The notes under the pieces were generated by a model. It did not search any database, was not told where the DNA came from, and saw only the letters and a program-made list of their open reading frames with translations. From Bispira polyomma (taxonomy: Eukaryota): a stretch of 64,000 nucleotides of DNA. Position numbers and translations under genes: made by a program. Positions 39,608 through 55,000 of this stretch are shown piece after piece (position 1 is the stretch's first letter; each line of letters opens with the position of its first letter). The stretch spans positions 3,534,001 to 3,598,000 of the forward strand of contig OZ287755.1 of assembly GCA_965649765.1 (NCBI GenBank), given 5' to 3'.

Positions 39608-42249
39608 TGCAAGTGGTTACTGGTTACAGGTTTTATCCAGATTCGGAATTGTAGTACAACATCTCTCTAGAGATAGTGCACAATGTTAGTAATGTTGTTC
39701 TAAACAATTTAACGTCACTGAATTAACTTGCAAGATCCAAATGTTAATGTTCTAGCTTATCAATTTAGCACTCCAGGTGATAGAATGATATGCACAAAAA
39801 CCTTTAGATTCCAGTTAAATATAGTTTAAAGTATTCCATGATAAAGAGGTTTACAATATGCAATACTTAAGAACATGATTGATAAGCCATTTTGTGTATC
39901 TTTGTTCAACACTCCTCTATACATTTGAATATATAGGTTATTGTAAAGGTCCTCATTATCTAAACATGTACACACAGCCAAAAACATGTACAAATGTGGA
40001 TCACAACTATGCAGCACTTTAAAAAGACATGTAATAAATTAAAATAAACAACAAACTCTGGGCAACAATAACCCCTGTCATTACATTGATACTGCAATTT
40101 TAATGTTATTTGAATTATACTTCCACCTATAGCTTCCAAAACTGATTGTATACCACAGGTTATATTCAAAGTGTATCCGCCAAATGTCTACTTCATGGCA
40201 TAGTTAAAGAAGTGAGATTCAAAGTACATGATCTCAGCATCAAAGCTATCACACGTTTGTAGACCCCATACACAGATAACTCAGTTATATAAAAAAAGTG
40301 ACATTAGTATAAGAATCTATTTTGAGGAAACTTTGTACTTCACAAATGTAGATCTGATTCTCTACTTAATAAACAAACATGTAGTTGAATACAACAAATG
40401 TACATAAAGACACAGAACTTATATTTTAATGGACAATATTATTTTTTTGCAGTAATTAATCTGTAAACAGATATTGTAAATATAAACAAAGTTATCGATT
40501 AATTAAGTTCACAAACTTTATCAATATAATCCATACAGTTTTCTATCTCCTGAAATCATCAACATAAAATATTTACATTTTTATTACATGCTGTTTAGAT
40601 TATCCTTGAAATCAGAGTATATCCAACCCATTTTTCTTCAGGCATGTGTTTCTTATTAAAAACCTCTGCAATTCTGAACTGTTGCACAAGCAAGTTCATA
40701 CTCTAGTAACACACACTGATAAGTGGGCTGTTTCCAAAGCTCCTAGTAAAGAGTCCTACTGAGTAGCATTGCTTCAGTTATGGTGGTCAGGTTCCTTTAA
40801 TGAGAACAAGCTCGTCTCTTTTCAACACAGACTTAGAGCTGTACATCGAGCTGAGGACACTAGAACTAAATAGAATAAAATTGTCAAAGAGTTGTAATGA
40901 TACATTTTCACAAAGCAGGCCTTATTTCGTATTCCCCTCTCCATTTACACAAAGTGCGAGAGTTTTTGTTACAGCAGCCGACAATCATTGTTAAAATTGT
41001 CACATGTACCACAGGTATCAAGTCAACCCTAAAGTCTAAGTATGTAGACAATACCAGAAGTACAAAGTATATTTGTGAGTATAACCATATAATTATATAA
41101 TGCAAACAAATGAATTTTACTTTAGAAATGACATTTTTACTGTAATACATGCACTTGTGGTATAGTTAGGCTTTTTAATGTAAGGTTGAACATTTTACTT
41201 CTTGTGTTTTCAGTCAAGACCGACTGAGTTGCTGGAAACACACATAACTGTTTCTGAAATACCACCACAAGATAGTTTACCAAAGGGATGTCTTACCATT
41301 TTTTAAACGATTAATGGGGTTGGTTTAATGCACGATGCAGGAAGGGCTGAGTGCATTGATTCAACCCAAGAGATTGTTTAAAATGCACATAAAACATGAA
41401 TTTAAGTGTTTTATTCTTATTCTAAAATGATAAACCATTAGTTTTTACCAAAATGACATCGTTATTACCCATAATGGGTTACTACTCCAACTGAACAAAA
41501 ATGGAATATCCATACTTTATCTACAGTGTTTTATACAGAATTTGTTCTTTGTGCAAAAGAGATGCTCACGGGTGTTGCACACCATAAAATTTTACAATTA
41601 GTCTTGAAGTATAAAGCAACATTGAAGTATGAAGTAACATTTAACAACATAATGAACAAAATTCCTGCAATTGAGTTGACAGTAACTTATATCCTTGTGT
41701 TTGGACTTCAGTGATAATTATTTTGCAAAACTGATCTCTTTATGTCAGCTTTGTAATATTAGAGCAATGTTTTTGAGGGGAGAAGTGAAGGTAGACTCTA
41801 GAGATTGCCTAATGGCTTCTTCTTTTCGTTCCAAAGAGCCCACACATAGATTTGTCCCCAAAGCATAGTTTTACACTGTTACCCACAAAATACCAAGAGA
41901 TACAGTTGGTGTTAAACAATTCAGAAAATAATTACTGTGCAGTGCATGATTATGTTAAGTCCTAAGACTGGGCTTGTAACTTAACGTACTCTTATAGAGG
42001 AAACTAAACAGTCAGTATTTTAGTTTTTGGATCCTAACTGAAAGTACAAGTTTGTGTTAATGGTTAAAATATTTGTTTGACAAAAAAATAAAACATCGAA
42101 GGAATCTAGCTACTTGTTATGACTTTTGGTTTGGTGTAGTCATAATACTCTTAAGTGTATTATCAACCCTTTTGATCTTATGTTGTTTGTTAGAAGCGAT
42201 ATCATTTCTTACTGCCAGAACCTATGTCTGTTTGATGTCTGGGTTGATG

Positions 42250-43365
42250 CATATCTAAAAAATATATCAGTTAAGTATATTTATAGGATTTTTTTAATAG
42301 TTTTTCCTCTTTTTACCGACTATTTATCCATTCTCCAGCAACCTTTACTCATGTTTTCTGAATTTCTCCAGAAGCTCAACCTTTTCCCATTCAAAACTAA
42401 TCTAGGTGATTTCAAGATTGACATATAAACACAGCAACCAAAGACTTCAACAGCTTTTTTTAACATGCTAAACTACTCAAGTTCATCTCTAGTCCTACCC
42501 ACCTCCACAATCGCACACTGAATCTGGTTTCTTCTGTGACCAAATTCCTAGCTGATCAGTGAGGTCTGGGTCACTGGTGGGAGTTTGGAGGATTTAGGAA
42601 CCTTTTTCTATTTAAATATGCCTGTATCTGCTTCACAAAAATCTGGTGTAATGAAATACCAAAATATTAGAAAAATAAATATTAACAAATTTAGAGAGAC
42701 ATTATTGCCATGGATGTGTTACAACACACCATCAACCATGGCCTACTTTGCGACTCAAAAAATGCTTCGGATTAAATGGCACTGTCTGGAGTAAACAAGT
42801 CACAGATTAAAAAGATCCACTCCATTCAGAACTACTTTTGCAGGGTGATTTTATGCCTGGCAGTCACACCGATGTCACTCCATTTCTCACACTGTTTTCC
42901 CATTCATAATAGAATTTTTTTCAAAACTCATGTTACCACATTAAAGGTTAAGTCATTCAAAAATCCTTCTACGTCGCTTCCTTTCTCTCTTTCTGTAACC
43001 TAAACATAGGTAATAGACTTTCTGTTTCTTCTGTCCTTCAAGAACGCTTCATCCAGAGTTTTCTCCATTGTAGCTCTGTTATTATGGAACAGTCTTTCAG
43101 TCGACCTCAGACCATCAGACACATTTATCGGTTTGAGAAAAAAGCTTAAAACCTATCTTTTTAACCTTGTTCTACAACTGTAGTTTTACTCATAAACCTT
43201 TACTTTGTAAAACATCAGCGATTATAGATTTTTTGAATGCCACACATCCTTCCTTGCGACCTGTCCATGGATCACACATTTGGATAACTGACAATGCTGT
43301 TGTGTTAAGAAGATGCCTAGCATCAATAAAGCAAGTTAAAAATGCTTAAATAATGATAATAACAA
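42250..43365 (+). mobile_element. L2-clade LINE relic (APE pieces joined to the 3' end)
   Basis: LGDFKID, PTHLHNRTL, IQNYFCRVI and LRKKLKTYLF. Tail agaagatgcctagcatcaataa is shared with ~6750. Confidence 0.75.
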
Positions 43366-44069
43366 TTTCCAAAAATATATTTTGTGCATTTCTGAAATTT
43401 TATTTAAATCACGAAGTACAATGGACAACATTTTGTTTTCGGTGTTCCACCAATTATGCATTATTTTTTAATTATACACTGGCACGCTAATATATTCCAA
43501 CAAAGAATATTTGGAAAAGAAGGAGATGAATTTATATTTATTTGTTATAATTCTTCTTGTTTTTTTATCAATTGTTTGATTAATCCTTGTATACATATTA
43601 CATATCTTTATTTCAAGCCAAAGGATGTTCATACAATGATTAACTTTTAATTTTTAAATTAGGAAAAAGAGGAAAAAGCACAACAAAAAGCATATTTTTA
43701 CATGTATGTTAATGTTATAAATTATATGATTAACTTATCGATAAATTATTTAAAAATTCTTGATATACAGGTATGTATTCGATATATAAGTGTAAAAGTG
43801 TATTAGGAAAAAAGTTTAAATTTTTCAGCACGCTATAATTGTGTATATAAGATACAATGTATTTTTATATGTAAGGATCTAACCTCCTTGACAGAGGTAA
43901 ATATACAGTAATGTACACATATACATGTTTTAAACCCAGATATTGATACAGATGTCCTTTGGCTGCATGCTACCACTAAGTCAATAAAAGTCTGCTCGAT
44001 GATAATAGAAGAATACATTCATTGGTATTTGTGACCTTTGACAGCATATAGATATCCCGGAGGTAACCA

Positions 44070-44310
44070 ATACACTGTACATTTTATCTCATTAACAAGA
44101 CTCCCATGTGTCTTTTAATTGTCTGTAATTGAGCTGTACAGGGACACTAAATGATCAATCTAGTCTCATTGATTATGGACAATGGCAAATGACGAGGGAC
44201 ATTTGAGGGACAGTATTGATCAGAGGTTCTGAACTTAAGTACAAAATAATCTAAACATTTGTCATGCTGCATTTGTATGTAGAACAATGGTATCCCCAAA
44301 GCATGACTAC
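44070..44310 (+). repeat. Interspersed repeat, diverged copy of ~63732-63955
   Basis: tacactgtacatt..ctcattaac..gactc..tgtgtcttttaattgtctgtaatt and later collinear blocks occur in both. Confidence 0.75.
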
Positions 44311-47300
44311 ATATGGTATTTTAGATAAAGTCTGAATTAAGTTTATAGACTATTGATAATACTGGCCCTGGCTTGTATACTACATTGGAAATTGAAAATG
44401 TGAAATATTTTGAGGTATTGTTTACATACTAAGATGTATTTGTTTATTGAATGCTATGGTAGTCTGTGGTGTGTTTGTTTTAGAAACTTCAGCTTTGTGA
44501 TTTCATCAGTTAACATGATTGAGTTAGGTCATGGACTGTGCTGGTATGTTAGAGAACTTTTATATGGGAGCCAGAACATAACTAAAATCTTTGTCTGTAA
44601 ATCCAAACGTATTGTGTTAGAAGTGTTAAAATATTTATCAGTTTTTACACTGTAACATATCTAAGGAATCTAGATATTTGTTATGTGCTATGACTATTTT
44701 GACCTACATGTTTTTGGCTAGCAACAACAGCATTTGTCACTCCCAAAACCTATCATCGAACAATCAACACCTCAAAAATTTTTTTTTTTTTTGAGTTCCT
44801 CGCAATGGGAACTTGTTACTATAGAATACTGTCTGTTTAAAAATTATACCCGAGACTGTTGATGAATGTAGGAGGTAGTCTGTTGTGTGTGTATTGGTGA
44901 CTATGTAATCTATTTTCTTTAGTTCCCGGCTATACTTTTGGAAGGGCTTAAGTATATATTACTTAAATATGCAATTTTCATGGATGTAAACAATATTTAA
45001 ACAATGCATTTTTATAGAGACAAAGTGAGTAGCATTAATTAACAGCAACATGCTTAAATAAACCCGAGCACAATTTTTGTCGTTCTGATAAGAGCCACCC
45101 TAACTATACTTGTAATTTATCAGTTAGTATAACAAGTTTTCTCCATTAGCTTGTCTTATCAGTTCACTTCCTGGTCTACATGGGATGCAGTTGCTAACTA
45201 CAGAATAGTGAAAATCAGGGACATTAGTGGGAAGAGAGGTCTGTCAACAACTATCCTGTGTGGATTGAAGTATCTTAATGCGAGATACTTTTTGACAAAG
45301 TATTAAACATTCCAACTTGGTAAAAAGTAAGATTTCCAGAACATGTGTATCTTGTGTCATGTTAAAATTCAATCAAAGTCACCTAGTATAATACACAGTA
45401 GTTTGTTTTCGATCTTTCACCAATTATGCATTCTTATATTATTATAGACTGGTAGCCTGGTATTTTTCCAACAAAAGGAGATAACAATGTTAAAAAAAAT
45501 TCTGGGTTATTTTACTAAAGTGAAATCTTTAAAACAAGTTTGGTGTAATAATTTAGGTATTATTAATTTTGTTTGAAGCAAACCAGGTACCAGCTTTGCA
45601 TATTGTTTATATCATACATTTTGAAAAAGCAAAGATGGATTGCAAAGAATTTGTGAAAACAATATTATTTATATTGTAAATAAATTAATGGAAGATACAA
45701 CATGGATTCCAATATTTTAAACTTTTAAAGCACTCCGAAACAAAAATCAGATATTTTTATTTACTTTTATGGCCTTTCAGTTACTCATCTACTTGATGAT
45801 ATCGACAGAAAGTGGGAAATTTATTTGATGTTAAATAATCTTCCATGTGCCAGTCACTTGTTTATAACCTGCTTTTATCTATTTATCTCTGTTTTGCTGC
45901 ATGGACGGTCATTTAAAATAAATTAACAAAATATTGTTTATTGTGTTTTAAAGCATTACAGTCTTGAATGTAAATTTGGCAGCTAAACTATAAGTCAAGA
46001 GTCACACTATAAGTATGCTCTGCTACATTTATTGGATAGTAAGTTTAGTTAGTTTAGTAAGTTTAGTGCTGGCCTTAAACCATTTTAGCAGAACTATTCT
46101 GGTCGAATTGACCTCAATGACCATTGCATGGCAGTTGGCCTGTATCTCCTAACATTTTCCGCTAAAACATATTTATCCTAACTTTAAAATTAGAATTTGG
46201 AAGGGCAGAACGCTATTTTAAAAACTTTCAATTTTTTTTCAGTTTTATTCTTTTACATTACTTGATTTTATTCTGATGTTTACATCATTTTACAAATAAC
46301 CAGTTGATTTATATGTTGCAGACGTGGATTGAGTGCAGTCTAGAATATATACTAAAGCTTGCTGGCGCCTGACTTAAGTGTATTAGTCAAATCCTTTGAC
46401 ATATGCAAATTCTACTCTTTTGTTAGGGCTATAGTTTAGGGCTGTGCTTATTTCTATTTGGAGGAGGGAAAGGCCTCTTAGGGTGATACCGCAAAAATAG
46501 ATAGAATTAGAAGGGCACATGCCCAGAAAATTGTAAATATCACTGGTTCCTCATCCCAGTACAGTACTGGCAGAACTCAAAAAGGCAATGACAAGGGAGT
46601 CCCTTGTAGGTACTTTTAGAAGGGTTCATGCCCTCAAAAAACTGACCACGACATAAAGGCTCAAATGTACCTACACGTCTGTTCCATGTGTGGGACATTT
46701 GGTCATGCTTCAAAAGACTATTATAAAAATAAAACAGGGAAGACACATGAGCATGTCACAAAAAACTAATAGGGCACTGCAAAACAGCAGTGCAAAAGTT
46801 TAAAACCAAGTTCGATACTTATGTCAATAATGTAAATACTAGTGATTGAGGTGAATATTGTTGTACTAGAACTGTTTAAAAACACTGATACTAGAAATGT
46901 ACAGTGTCATTGAAGGCCAGACTGGGCTAGATTTGCGATAAACGATATGGCCAAGTAGTTGCACAAACCAAAGGTAAACCAAATGAAAACTCCACCCAAG
47001 GTCAGCACTTCTATTGTTGCCAACTGTTCAAAAACAAATTTATAAAAATGTGTGTGTACATAATGTGAAAAGTTACATGAATTCAACACACCAAGTCCAA
47101 AGGGGGGACACAGAATATCACACTTCCAGGTTTGGTGAGAAGAAAACAGCTGTCCATCCCCACCCCTACCCCTCCAAGTTAGGGAACCATGGTTAAAATC
47201 ACACCTTTTACAGGTGCAAGGAAAGGTGACATAACTCCAAACAACACATGGGTGGGGGCAAAAGAGAATACTGATAAATTAACTTGTTCACACCTTTCCA

Positions 47301-50005
47301 AACAATGCAGGATGTCAGTTGTCGCAGATCTCAAAATCAATTCAGGCACTTCCAATCAAACTGCCCTAAGTAATCAAACGGGTGACAAGTAGTGCATTGC
47401 AACTGTAAGTTAAAAAAAAACATAGGCATGCGGTAGCAATGGCCAAAGACAATGCGTTGTTTAATACATTGAATGCACAAAACAAAGAAAAGTTTGATTT
47501 TATCGCATAAGGGGACACAAAATCACCTAAAGAGATAAAGCTGTGTCCACAGTTAGGCGATCCGCTAGAATTACATGAGATGGTAAAAAAAGGCAATCTA
47601 CCAAACTTCTTAGGCTCCCAAATACCTGTCGTATCTGAGCTGAATGTTGAAAAATGGGATAAACTGCTCAGTAAATATTGCCATCGGCATCTGTTACACC
47701 TCATAGTATTCAGATTTCCTCTGGATTTTACCAGAGCTTGTCCATTACAAAAGAGAGGGCAAAATCATAGTTCAGCTACTCATTATGAGGATGACAATAA
47801 GGCATATTTAAAATAAGTAAAAACGTTTGGTGTAATTATTGGTCCTGTTAAAGAGCCTCTATTTTACGACTTACACATCTCACCTTTTATGATTCCTCCC
47901 AAGCTGGATGTGAAACATAGAAGAGTAATCATAGATTTAAGTTGCTCTCAAAGTCGAGCAGTAAACTCAACCATACAAAGAAATCCACCACAGTTTATTT
48001 TAAGGCTTCCTACAGTTGATGACATTACACGTAACATGGTTAAGTTGGCTGCGCCTTTAGGCACGTCAAAATTGATCCTGCAGACTATAACCTGCTATGT
48101 TTACAGTTAAATGACTACTTGATTGATACGTGCCTTTCATTTGAATATCGCCATGGAAGCGCAATTTTTCAAAGACTGAGTGACAACATAAGATTCAACA
48201 TGACGTCACAGGGTCATGAGGTAATAAATTATACTGATGTCGTCATTGGTTACAGCCCCCCCACCACAGTTTCTGACTAAATTCGACTATTAAAAGAACT
48301 ATTTCACAAGTTAGGCTTTGCCATTAGTTATTCCTTGTAGTACTAAGGCTGTATGCCTAGGTGTCTTAGTTAACACGGAATACCTTTTAGTGGCAATACC
48401 TATACCAAACTCGCTGAAAATAAAACAAATCTGGGCAAGCAAAAAGTGCAGCACCAGAAGACAACTGCAATCGCTACTCGGCTCACGCTTTCACTCTTTG
48501 AAAATGTGTCAGAACACCTAGAGCATACCTTAACTGGATGTTAGACACTTTGTGGGGAGCACAAAAACTAAATAATATTAAATAGATATCACATTTCATT
48601 AAGATCTAAACTGGGTTATTACATTTCTTCCTGCTTGCAAGGCTTAGGTGCATGCTGCAACAACCGAATATACACTGAAGAAATCCAATTGGGTTATCAA
48701 AATTTTACAATTGTGCATCTGGAGATGTTAAACATCTTGGTCGCTATCAGAATGTGGAGAAATAAATGGTCAGAAAAAAATTGCTAGTATACTGTGACAA
48801 TCAAGCCGTAGTTTCAATCTTAAACACTGGAAAGACTTATGACTTGATTATAGCTGCAATGACTATAAACATTTTCATGGAAACTGCCAAAGCAGACATT
48901 GAATTGAGGATGGTTCACATCTCAGGCAAATGTAACATTATAACTGACCTCCTCTTGAGATGGGCGAATACTGCTAACAATAGTCTAAAACTAAATGAAT
49001 CGATACGTGATCCTACATGGCTGCAGGTTAATGATGATCTGTTGCAAATAGATTGGTCTATCTAGGTATAAATCTGTTCAGGATTTTCAAGCTGGGTGGC
49101 AAAGTTAGTAGACAGAGCAGCTAGTAGAGCTTACCAGGCTTTCCACCCTTCTACTGAAAAAGCATATACAGTAGAGTTTAGGAAATTTTTAGCTTACTTT
49201 TTGCCCACATTTCTATACACAATATTACACCTGTTGCACTGCTTTCGTTTTTAGAAGTTCTAGTAGTCCACAATACCTCACATACATCAGTAGGAAGCTA
49301 TCGGCCATAACATTTCACTATATGCCTTGCAAGTGTTTGCATTTTCAGACCAAAGAATTCAGTACTTTCAAAAATACCTTTTGCTACAAAAAACCTTTAC
49401 AGCCAAAATAAATGGTATCATTGATGTTAAGTTATTACAAAGAATTGCTTCAGGCTGTGACTCCATGTACATGGGTCAAATATTCGAGGCAGCCTACTAT
49501 CTGGCCTTCCTTTCATTTATCCCAATCTCCAACCTGGTCCCACATTCAATTGCCTCATTCTTCCCTTTGCACCAGTTAGCTAGGGCTGACATCATATTCG
49601 CCCCCTCTGGTGCCCACATTATAATAAAATGGACCAAAACCGTGCAATCAAGCAATGCAATAAAAATAATTAAAATTCCCTCTTTACAAAATACACCCAT
49701 CTGTTCTGTAAAGGCCTTGAAGGTGCTGCTGGCTATCTCACCAGATAATAAAAATACCCCTCTTTTCCAAATCAAATCCAATGCCAGCAGGATTCCTCTA
49801 ACGGATAGCAAAATTTGTACAAACTTAAAAGTTATTCTTAGTAGATTAAAAAAGAAAGATTGAAATAATACCTTCCACACATTCCGTAGGTCTGGGCCGA
49901 CCCTGGCCTTTAATGTCCACACTCCCCACAAGATTCCTCTGAGTGTGTAGGGAGATACTGCAGGTAATTTAATCACCCCTCAAGGGAATAGTAGACAGGG
50001 GGGAA

Positions 50006-51640
50006 GTGGGTCATCAAGAAACCTTGTTGGTGGCACACGAGATCTCACAGTCAAGTATGAGCGGAAACGTGAACTCGCAAACAAATACTATGATGACAAC
50101 AATGCTCGCAACGATGCAGGCCCTTGGAGAGAAACTTCTCTCCACGGAAGTCAAGATGTCTGACGTCTCGGCTCGCGTTGACAAGCCTTGCGAGACTTCC
50201 AGAAGTGAAAGTCAACACTCTCATAGTGACACTCACAAGAAATCGGATAGGAAGCGACAGAAGTCAAGATCTCATGAAATAGAAGAAGCTAGTACACAGT
50301 ACACAGATTCTTTGGGAAACCCAGTAAGTAAACCTGAAGGCAAGATTACACAGACATTTAAGGATACAGCTGTAGCGTTAAAAGACGCAAATAAATCTAG
50401 ACGTATCCACACCCCGAAAGTCAAGAAAAAACCTGAGACTATAACCAAGCCCAGACAAGAGACATCACAGGATAGCGATGTAGCTATAATCGAGGACATC
50501 TCACAGCAGTCGTGGGAACCCAAGTTTAGTAATCCAGGCAAGGCCGAGAAAGTAGTAACCGATATAAACTTAAACTTCTGTCTTTACAGACCAGCTGAGG
50601 AATCCAGTGCAGGTACAGAGTGCTCTGCCTGTGACAGTCATGTCATCTCAGTTACAACCCTCGCAGCAGTGCATGAATCAGTACACAGCACAAGGGATTA
50701 CATACAACACAGATTAATCAGCCAAATGTGATGGCTCAGACCATGCACTCACAACAAGGGCCAGTAAGCAAGACTCCACTGACCAATATGGTACAGAACA
50801 CCATTATGTCATAGAATCCTCTGCAGCTAATTTATCAACCAGTGGTGGTGCAACAGCAATATCTCGGAATGACACCTGCACATCAATTCTCGGCCAACCA
50901 AGCCATGGCAACAGGACTTCAGCAGCCCCCAGTTTATACAAGTGGTACAATGGAGGCATTGAGAAATAACCCCATGGGCCAACAACTCGAAGATGAACAC
51001 ATGGCAGCACTGGAATCGAGGGTCAGGATTGAGCTGCAGACAGGTATGAGGCGTAAGAAGAGTGGGTGTTACAGCCATGCGCTGGCCTAACGAAGCCACA
51101 TTAGTAGGTCCACAAAGGAAGAGAATGGCGTACGACGAACTGACCCTTGGGCAGTTTGGCATTTGCTGCCTCAAGAACGCATCAGATACTACAGACCCAG
51201 TCACTCCTAAATACATGTTGGGTGAACTCATGGAGTCGGTGAAATTAGCCGCAAACCTTTCATGGACGATAGCCCAGGGGGCTTTCGCCGTTACCATGCA
51301 CCAAGTTGAGGAAGGTGCAGTGCAGTGGGCAAATACAAAAACTTTTGCAGATGACAGGCTAACATACTCGCAATTCGCCGTGTTTAGTGGGTCTGTGACT
51401 GTGACAAAACAGAAGACAGCAACATCCCAGGCTAGTAGCTCCCGGAGTAATAATGCAAAAAATTTGATTTGTAAATATTATAATGAGGGATCGTGTATAC
51501 ATACGCAGGACCATTATGATTCCACAAGGACAACATATTTCAAGCACGTATGTGCTTACTGCTACAAGAACCTGAAGAGGGACAATGCTCATGTCAAATC
51601 TATCTGTAATAATAAAAAGCAAGCGGAAGGAACAGAGTAT
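50006..51640 (+). pseudogene. gag-like ORF of element #2 (interrupted)
   Basis: WPNE..GPQRKRMAYDELTLGQF and the zinc motif CKYYNEGSC...DH...HVCAYC...H...C. Confidence 0.85.
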
Positions 51641-52111
51641 GGGACGGGGGACCGCCGCCTTATTCAAACATTTAAGCACGCGTCAATATACACAGTACTC
51701 GCGCATTCCTCGTACACATGTGGTGGTGGGAATCAGTCTCTTGAGAACAGAGATGACACACGTGATGACTGGTTGCATCGTGGGGAGTATCCAATGCTTG
51801 CAACGTCCATTCATCAGATGATTTGTAACATGCACAACAGGGGCCCTTACGGCAACCTTAGAGACCTGAAAGTGTTAAAATTTGTAGGCACACCTTTACT
51901 TGATCATAGATCTATAAACTCTAGCATAAGTAGTGACATTAATAAAGACAATAATAGTAAAAATAGTAACAATGAGGTGGTAACCCAAGTAATTGATAAT
52001 TCAAGAACTTGAGACCCTGTATATAAATCAGTAACAGATGTAGTAGATAAGTGTTGTGGTGATACCACAGTAGTCAAGACTAAAGGGAACCAGCAAAATC
52101 CCTCTAGTAAT

Positions 52112-53809
52112 TTGGGTATAAAACAAGTGTTTAATAGAAAATTAGGTTTCATATCCAACCCTACATCAGTGGTCTCGTGTGATAAAGAGAGCTCGCGAGA
52201 GCTCAAGATATGGGACTCACGAGATCCCAAAGACTACTGCGAGATTATCGATGCTATTTTAGCTACAGGTCAACCAAATTATAGGACTTTGCGGGTACCG
52301 ATACATTCTGATTTTAACATCCCATACTGGGCTAAGCACATGGTGGATTATCATGACAAGGTTTTATCTCATAAAATATGGCTTTCCATTAGGCCTTACA
52401 GAAGGGCAGGAGATTACCTCTGCCACCACAAAAAAACATTCTTTGGCTGAAGAATATCCACAAGCCATTCAAAAATATATTAATACAGAAATTGGCCATA
52501 AGGCCATGTTAGGCCCTTTTCATGAAATACCACACTGTAATTTTACTTGGTCACCACTTATGTCCAGACCTAAAGATGTTGACAAGCGTAGGGTGATATT
52601 AGATCTCTCTTATGGGGACCACTCGGTTAATAAAGCAACGCCTAAATATTGGTATATGGGAGAGCCTTATACTCTCACTTTGCCAAATTTGGACATGCTT
52701 ATACCTCAGCTTAGTACTTTCGATAAGGATGCTTGTTTATTCAAAATTGACATTTCTCGAGCAACTAGGAACGTACGTGTCAATCCTGGGGACGCAGTCC
52801 ACCTGGGTATTTTTTGTAAACTAAAGTATTATATAGATCAAAGTTTGGCATTTGGGGCAGTACAGGGCACGGCCATATTTCAACGTATCTCAGAGTTTAT
52901 AAGGTTCAGTATGAGTAAAAAGGGCTTTGAAGTCTACAACTATGCAGACAACATTTATGCATGTATTCACAAAGATAGGGCCCAGGAGGCTTCTGACACA
53001 CTTCTCCAGGTAATAGAGAACTTAGGTCTTCCCATAAACCCTGATAAAGTGGTAGCACCCACCACAAATCTCACCATATTAGGTATAACAGTCGACGTTA
53101 TCAACGCCACATTTAGCATTGGTGATGAGAAACTCACACAAATCCCGGCCACTTGTAACGAGAGCATGCTGTTAGACTGAGTCACAAAAACACAACTACA
53201 ATTCCTACAATTGGGGAAGCTGCTGTATGTAGCACGCTGTGTCCCTGGATCTCATATATTTCTCAACAGACTTCTCGTGTTACTTAGAAAACACCAGAAA
53301 GATAAGAGTTTATCCCCAGATGTAGGTTATTATCTTGATATAGCTTGGTTTATTAATTTTATAAAAGAATTTAATGGTTCGGTGTATGTAACTAGACAAC
53401 GGGAAAGCGAACAAGTGTTTGTAGACGCAACTCTCTGGGCAGTTGGGGAAATTGTGTATATGCAGTTGCAATACCACAATATCTTATTGCCACACAGGCT
53501 ATAAGCCAATATGAGTTGTATAATATTCTTGTCACGATTAGAATTTGGGGAAATTACTGGAAAAATAAATCTGTGTGCATTAGGTGCGACAATAAGGCGG
53601 CGGTCCATATAGTAAATTCTGGGGCCACCAGAGATAGTTTTAAGAGTTTGTGTATTAGAAATATTTGGGCACAGGTTGCCAAGTACAATATAGAGCTAAA
53701 AGTAAAACACATTGCAGGTAAATTGAATGTTATAGCTGACGCACTATCTCGTCATGGTAAAAATAAGTTAAAACGTCATTTTCGTCATTGTGTAAGAGAT
53801 ATCTTCTGA
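52112..53809 (+). pseudogene. RT/RNase H of element #2 (frameshifts; YxDD mutated to YADN)
   Basis: YGFPLG, MLGPF, RRVILDLS, KIDISRA, LAFG, YNYADN, VDAT, CDNKAAV and NVIADALSR. Confidence 0.9.
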
Positions 53810-53839
53810 CATATTGTTTTTAATGTGATAATTTGTAGA

Positions 53840-54718
53840 TACTCCAGTAGCACTGCTACCCATGTTGGGAGCAGCCATGACGAGAACCGAGTCTGCTGTA
53901 AGACCAGCAACCGCAAGGGCTTATGTACAACAATTTAGAGTCTACCTGGCATTTGTCATTTCAAACAATATTCAGGACATGAACAGTATATCAACAGCAT
54001 TGCTGTTTTTAGAGTTTTTAGTGGCTCAAGGTTAACGTATAGAGTTGTAAATAATTATATTTCAGCCATAAAATCTTATGCCACTAAGTGTAACTTAGAT
54101 ATCAATGTGTGGGAACATTTCCTGGTGAAAAAGTATCTTAGATCTATCATGATTAATGGCACAAGGGTGACGCAACCTAAGGGTTTGTTTTCACTTGACC
54201 AATTGAGAAGCATTTCTTCTGCCTGTTCAGTATTTGAGAGCTCGGTAGCATATAGGGCCATATTCCTAGCATCTTTTTATGGATTTCTAAGGATATCAAA
54301 CATAGCACCAGTTTCACAGAAACAATTTGACTCATTCAGGCACCTGTGCAGACGAGATGTCACACTAGCCCATCCAGGCCTTCATGTCAAGCTTAAATGG
54401 GCTAAAAACCTAAAGGCTACAGATCAATCACATGTTGTCATATTGCCAAGAGTAACAAATCCCCTTATGTGTCCAGTACAGGCGATTCGAAAATTGTTGG
54501 AAACTACTTTGCTTCCCCCAGGGAACCCTCTTTTCATTGATAGTCAATTTCATCTCATTACCCAGTCCATGATTAGAAAGAGGCTGGCTTCTGTGTTAAG
54601 GGTATGCAAGATCACACTCACAGGCCATGGTTTTCATACTTTTAGACGCTCCGGCGCAAACTTGGCTTTTGATTCAAATGTACCTTTAGATCCCTTCTAC
54701 TTTTCAAACACTAGTTAA
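53840..54718 (+). pseudogene. Tyrosine recombinase of element #2 (C-terminal H/W-Y box missing)
   Basis: FYGFLRISN, KWAK, CPV and HTFRRSGA; the ORF ends before the catalytic Tyr. Confidence 0.9.
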
Positions 54719-54964
54719 CTTCAAATTCTAAATGCTCCTGTGTTGGCTTTGGGGGCATTTTGTCAAAACATATCTATATATTTTAACAAAACATGTAGTC
54801 TAATAAAGTGGTCTCCCAACTCTCATGAGATCTCATCTCTACTGTCACGAGTTTTCATTAAGGGCACAAGATTGACTGTGCAGGTAATTCAATCACCCAT
54901 CAAGGGAATTACGGTTTAGTCAAGAATAGAGTAGCTCAAATAGTGGACTTTCCCATAAAAGGGA

Positions 54965-55000
54965 TCAGCCAATCACGGCCATGCAAGGGGTATATAAACA
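54965..55000 (+). promoter_or_regulatory. CCAAT and TATA boxes within repeat A2 (putative element promoter)
   Basis: agccaatc followed ~20 bp later by gggtatataaacag. Confidence 0.45.

Noticed and set aside
39826-46300. Short 60-100-aa ORFs in AT-rich sequence
   Set aside because: No domain motifs or convincing splice context (L2 relic aside); expected by chance.
49497-51679. Antisense ORFs over YR/gag (49497-49976, 50272-50541, 50827-51297, 51359-51679)
   Set aside because: Shadow ORFs of transposon coding sequence with no recognisable motifs.
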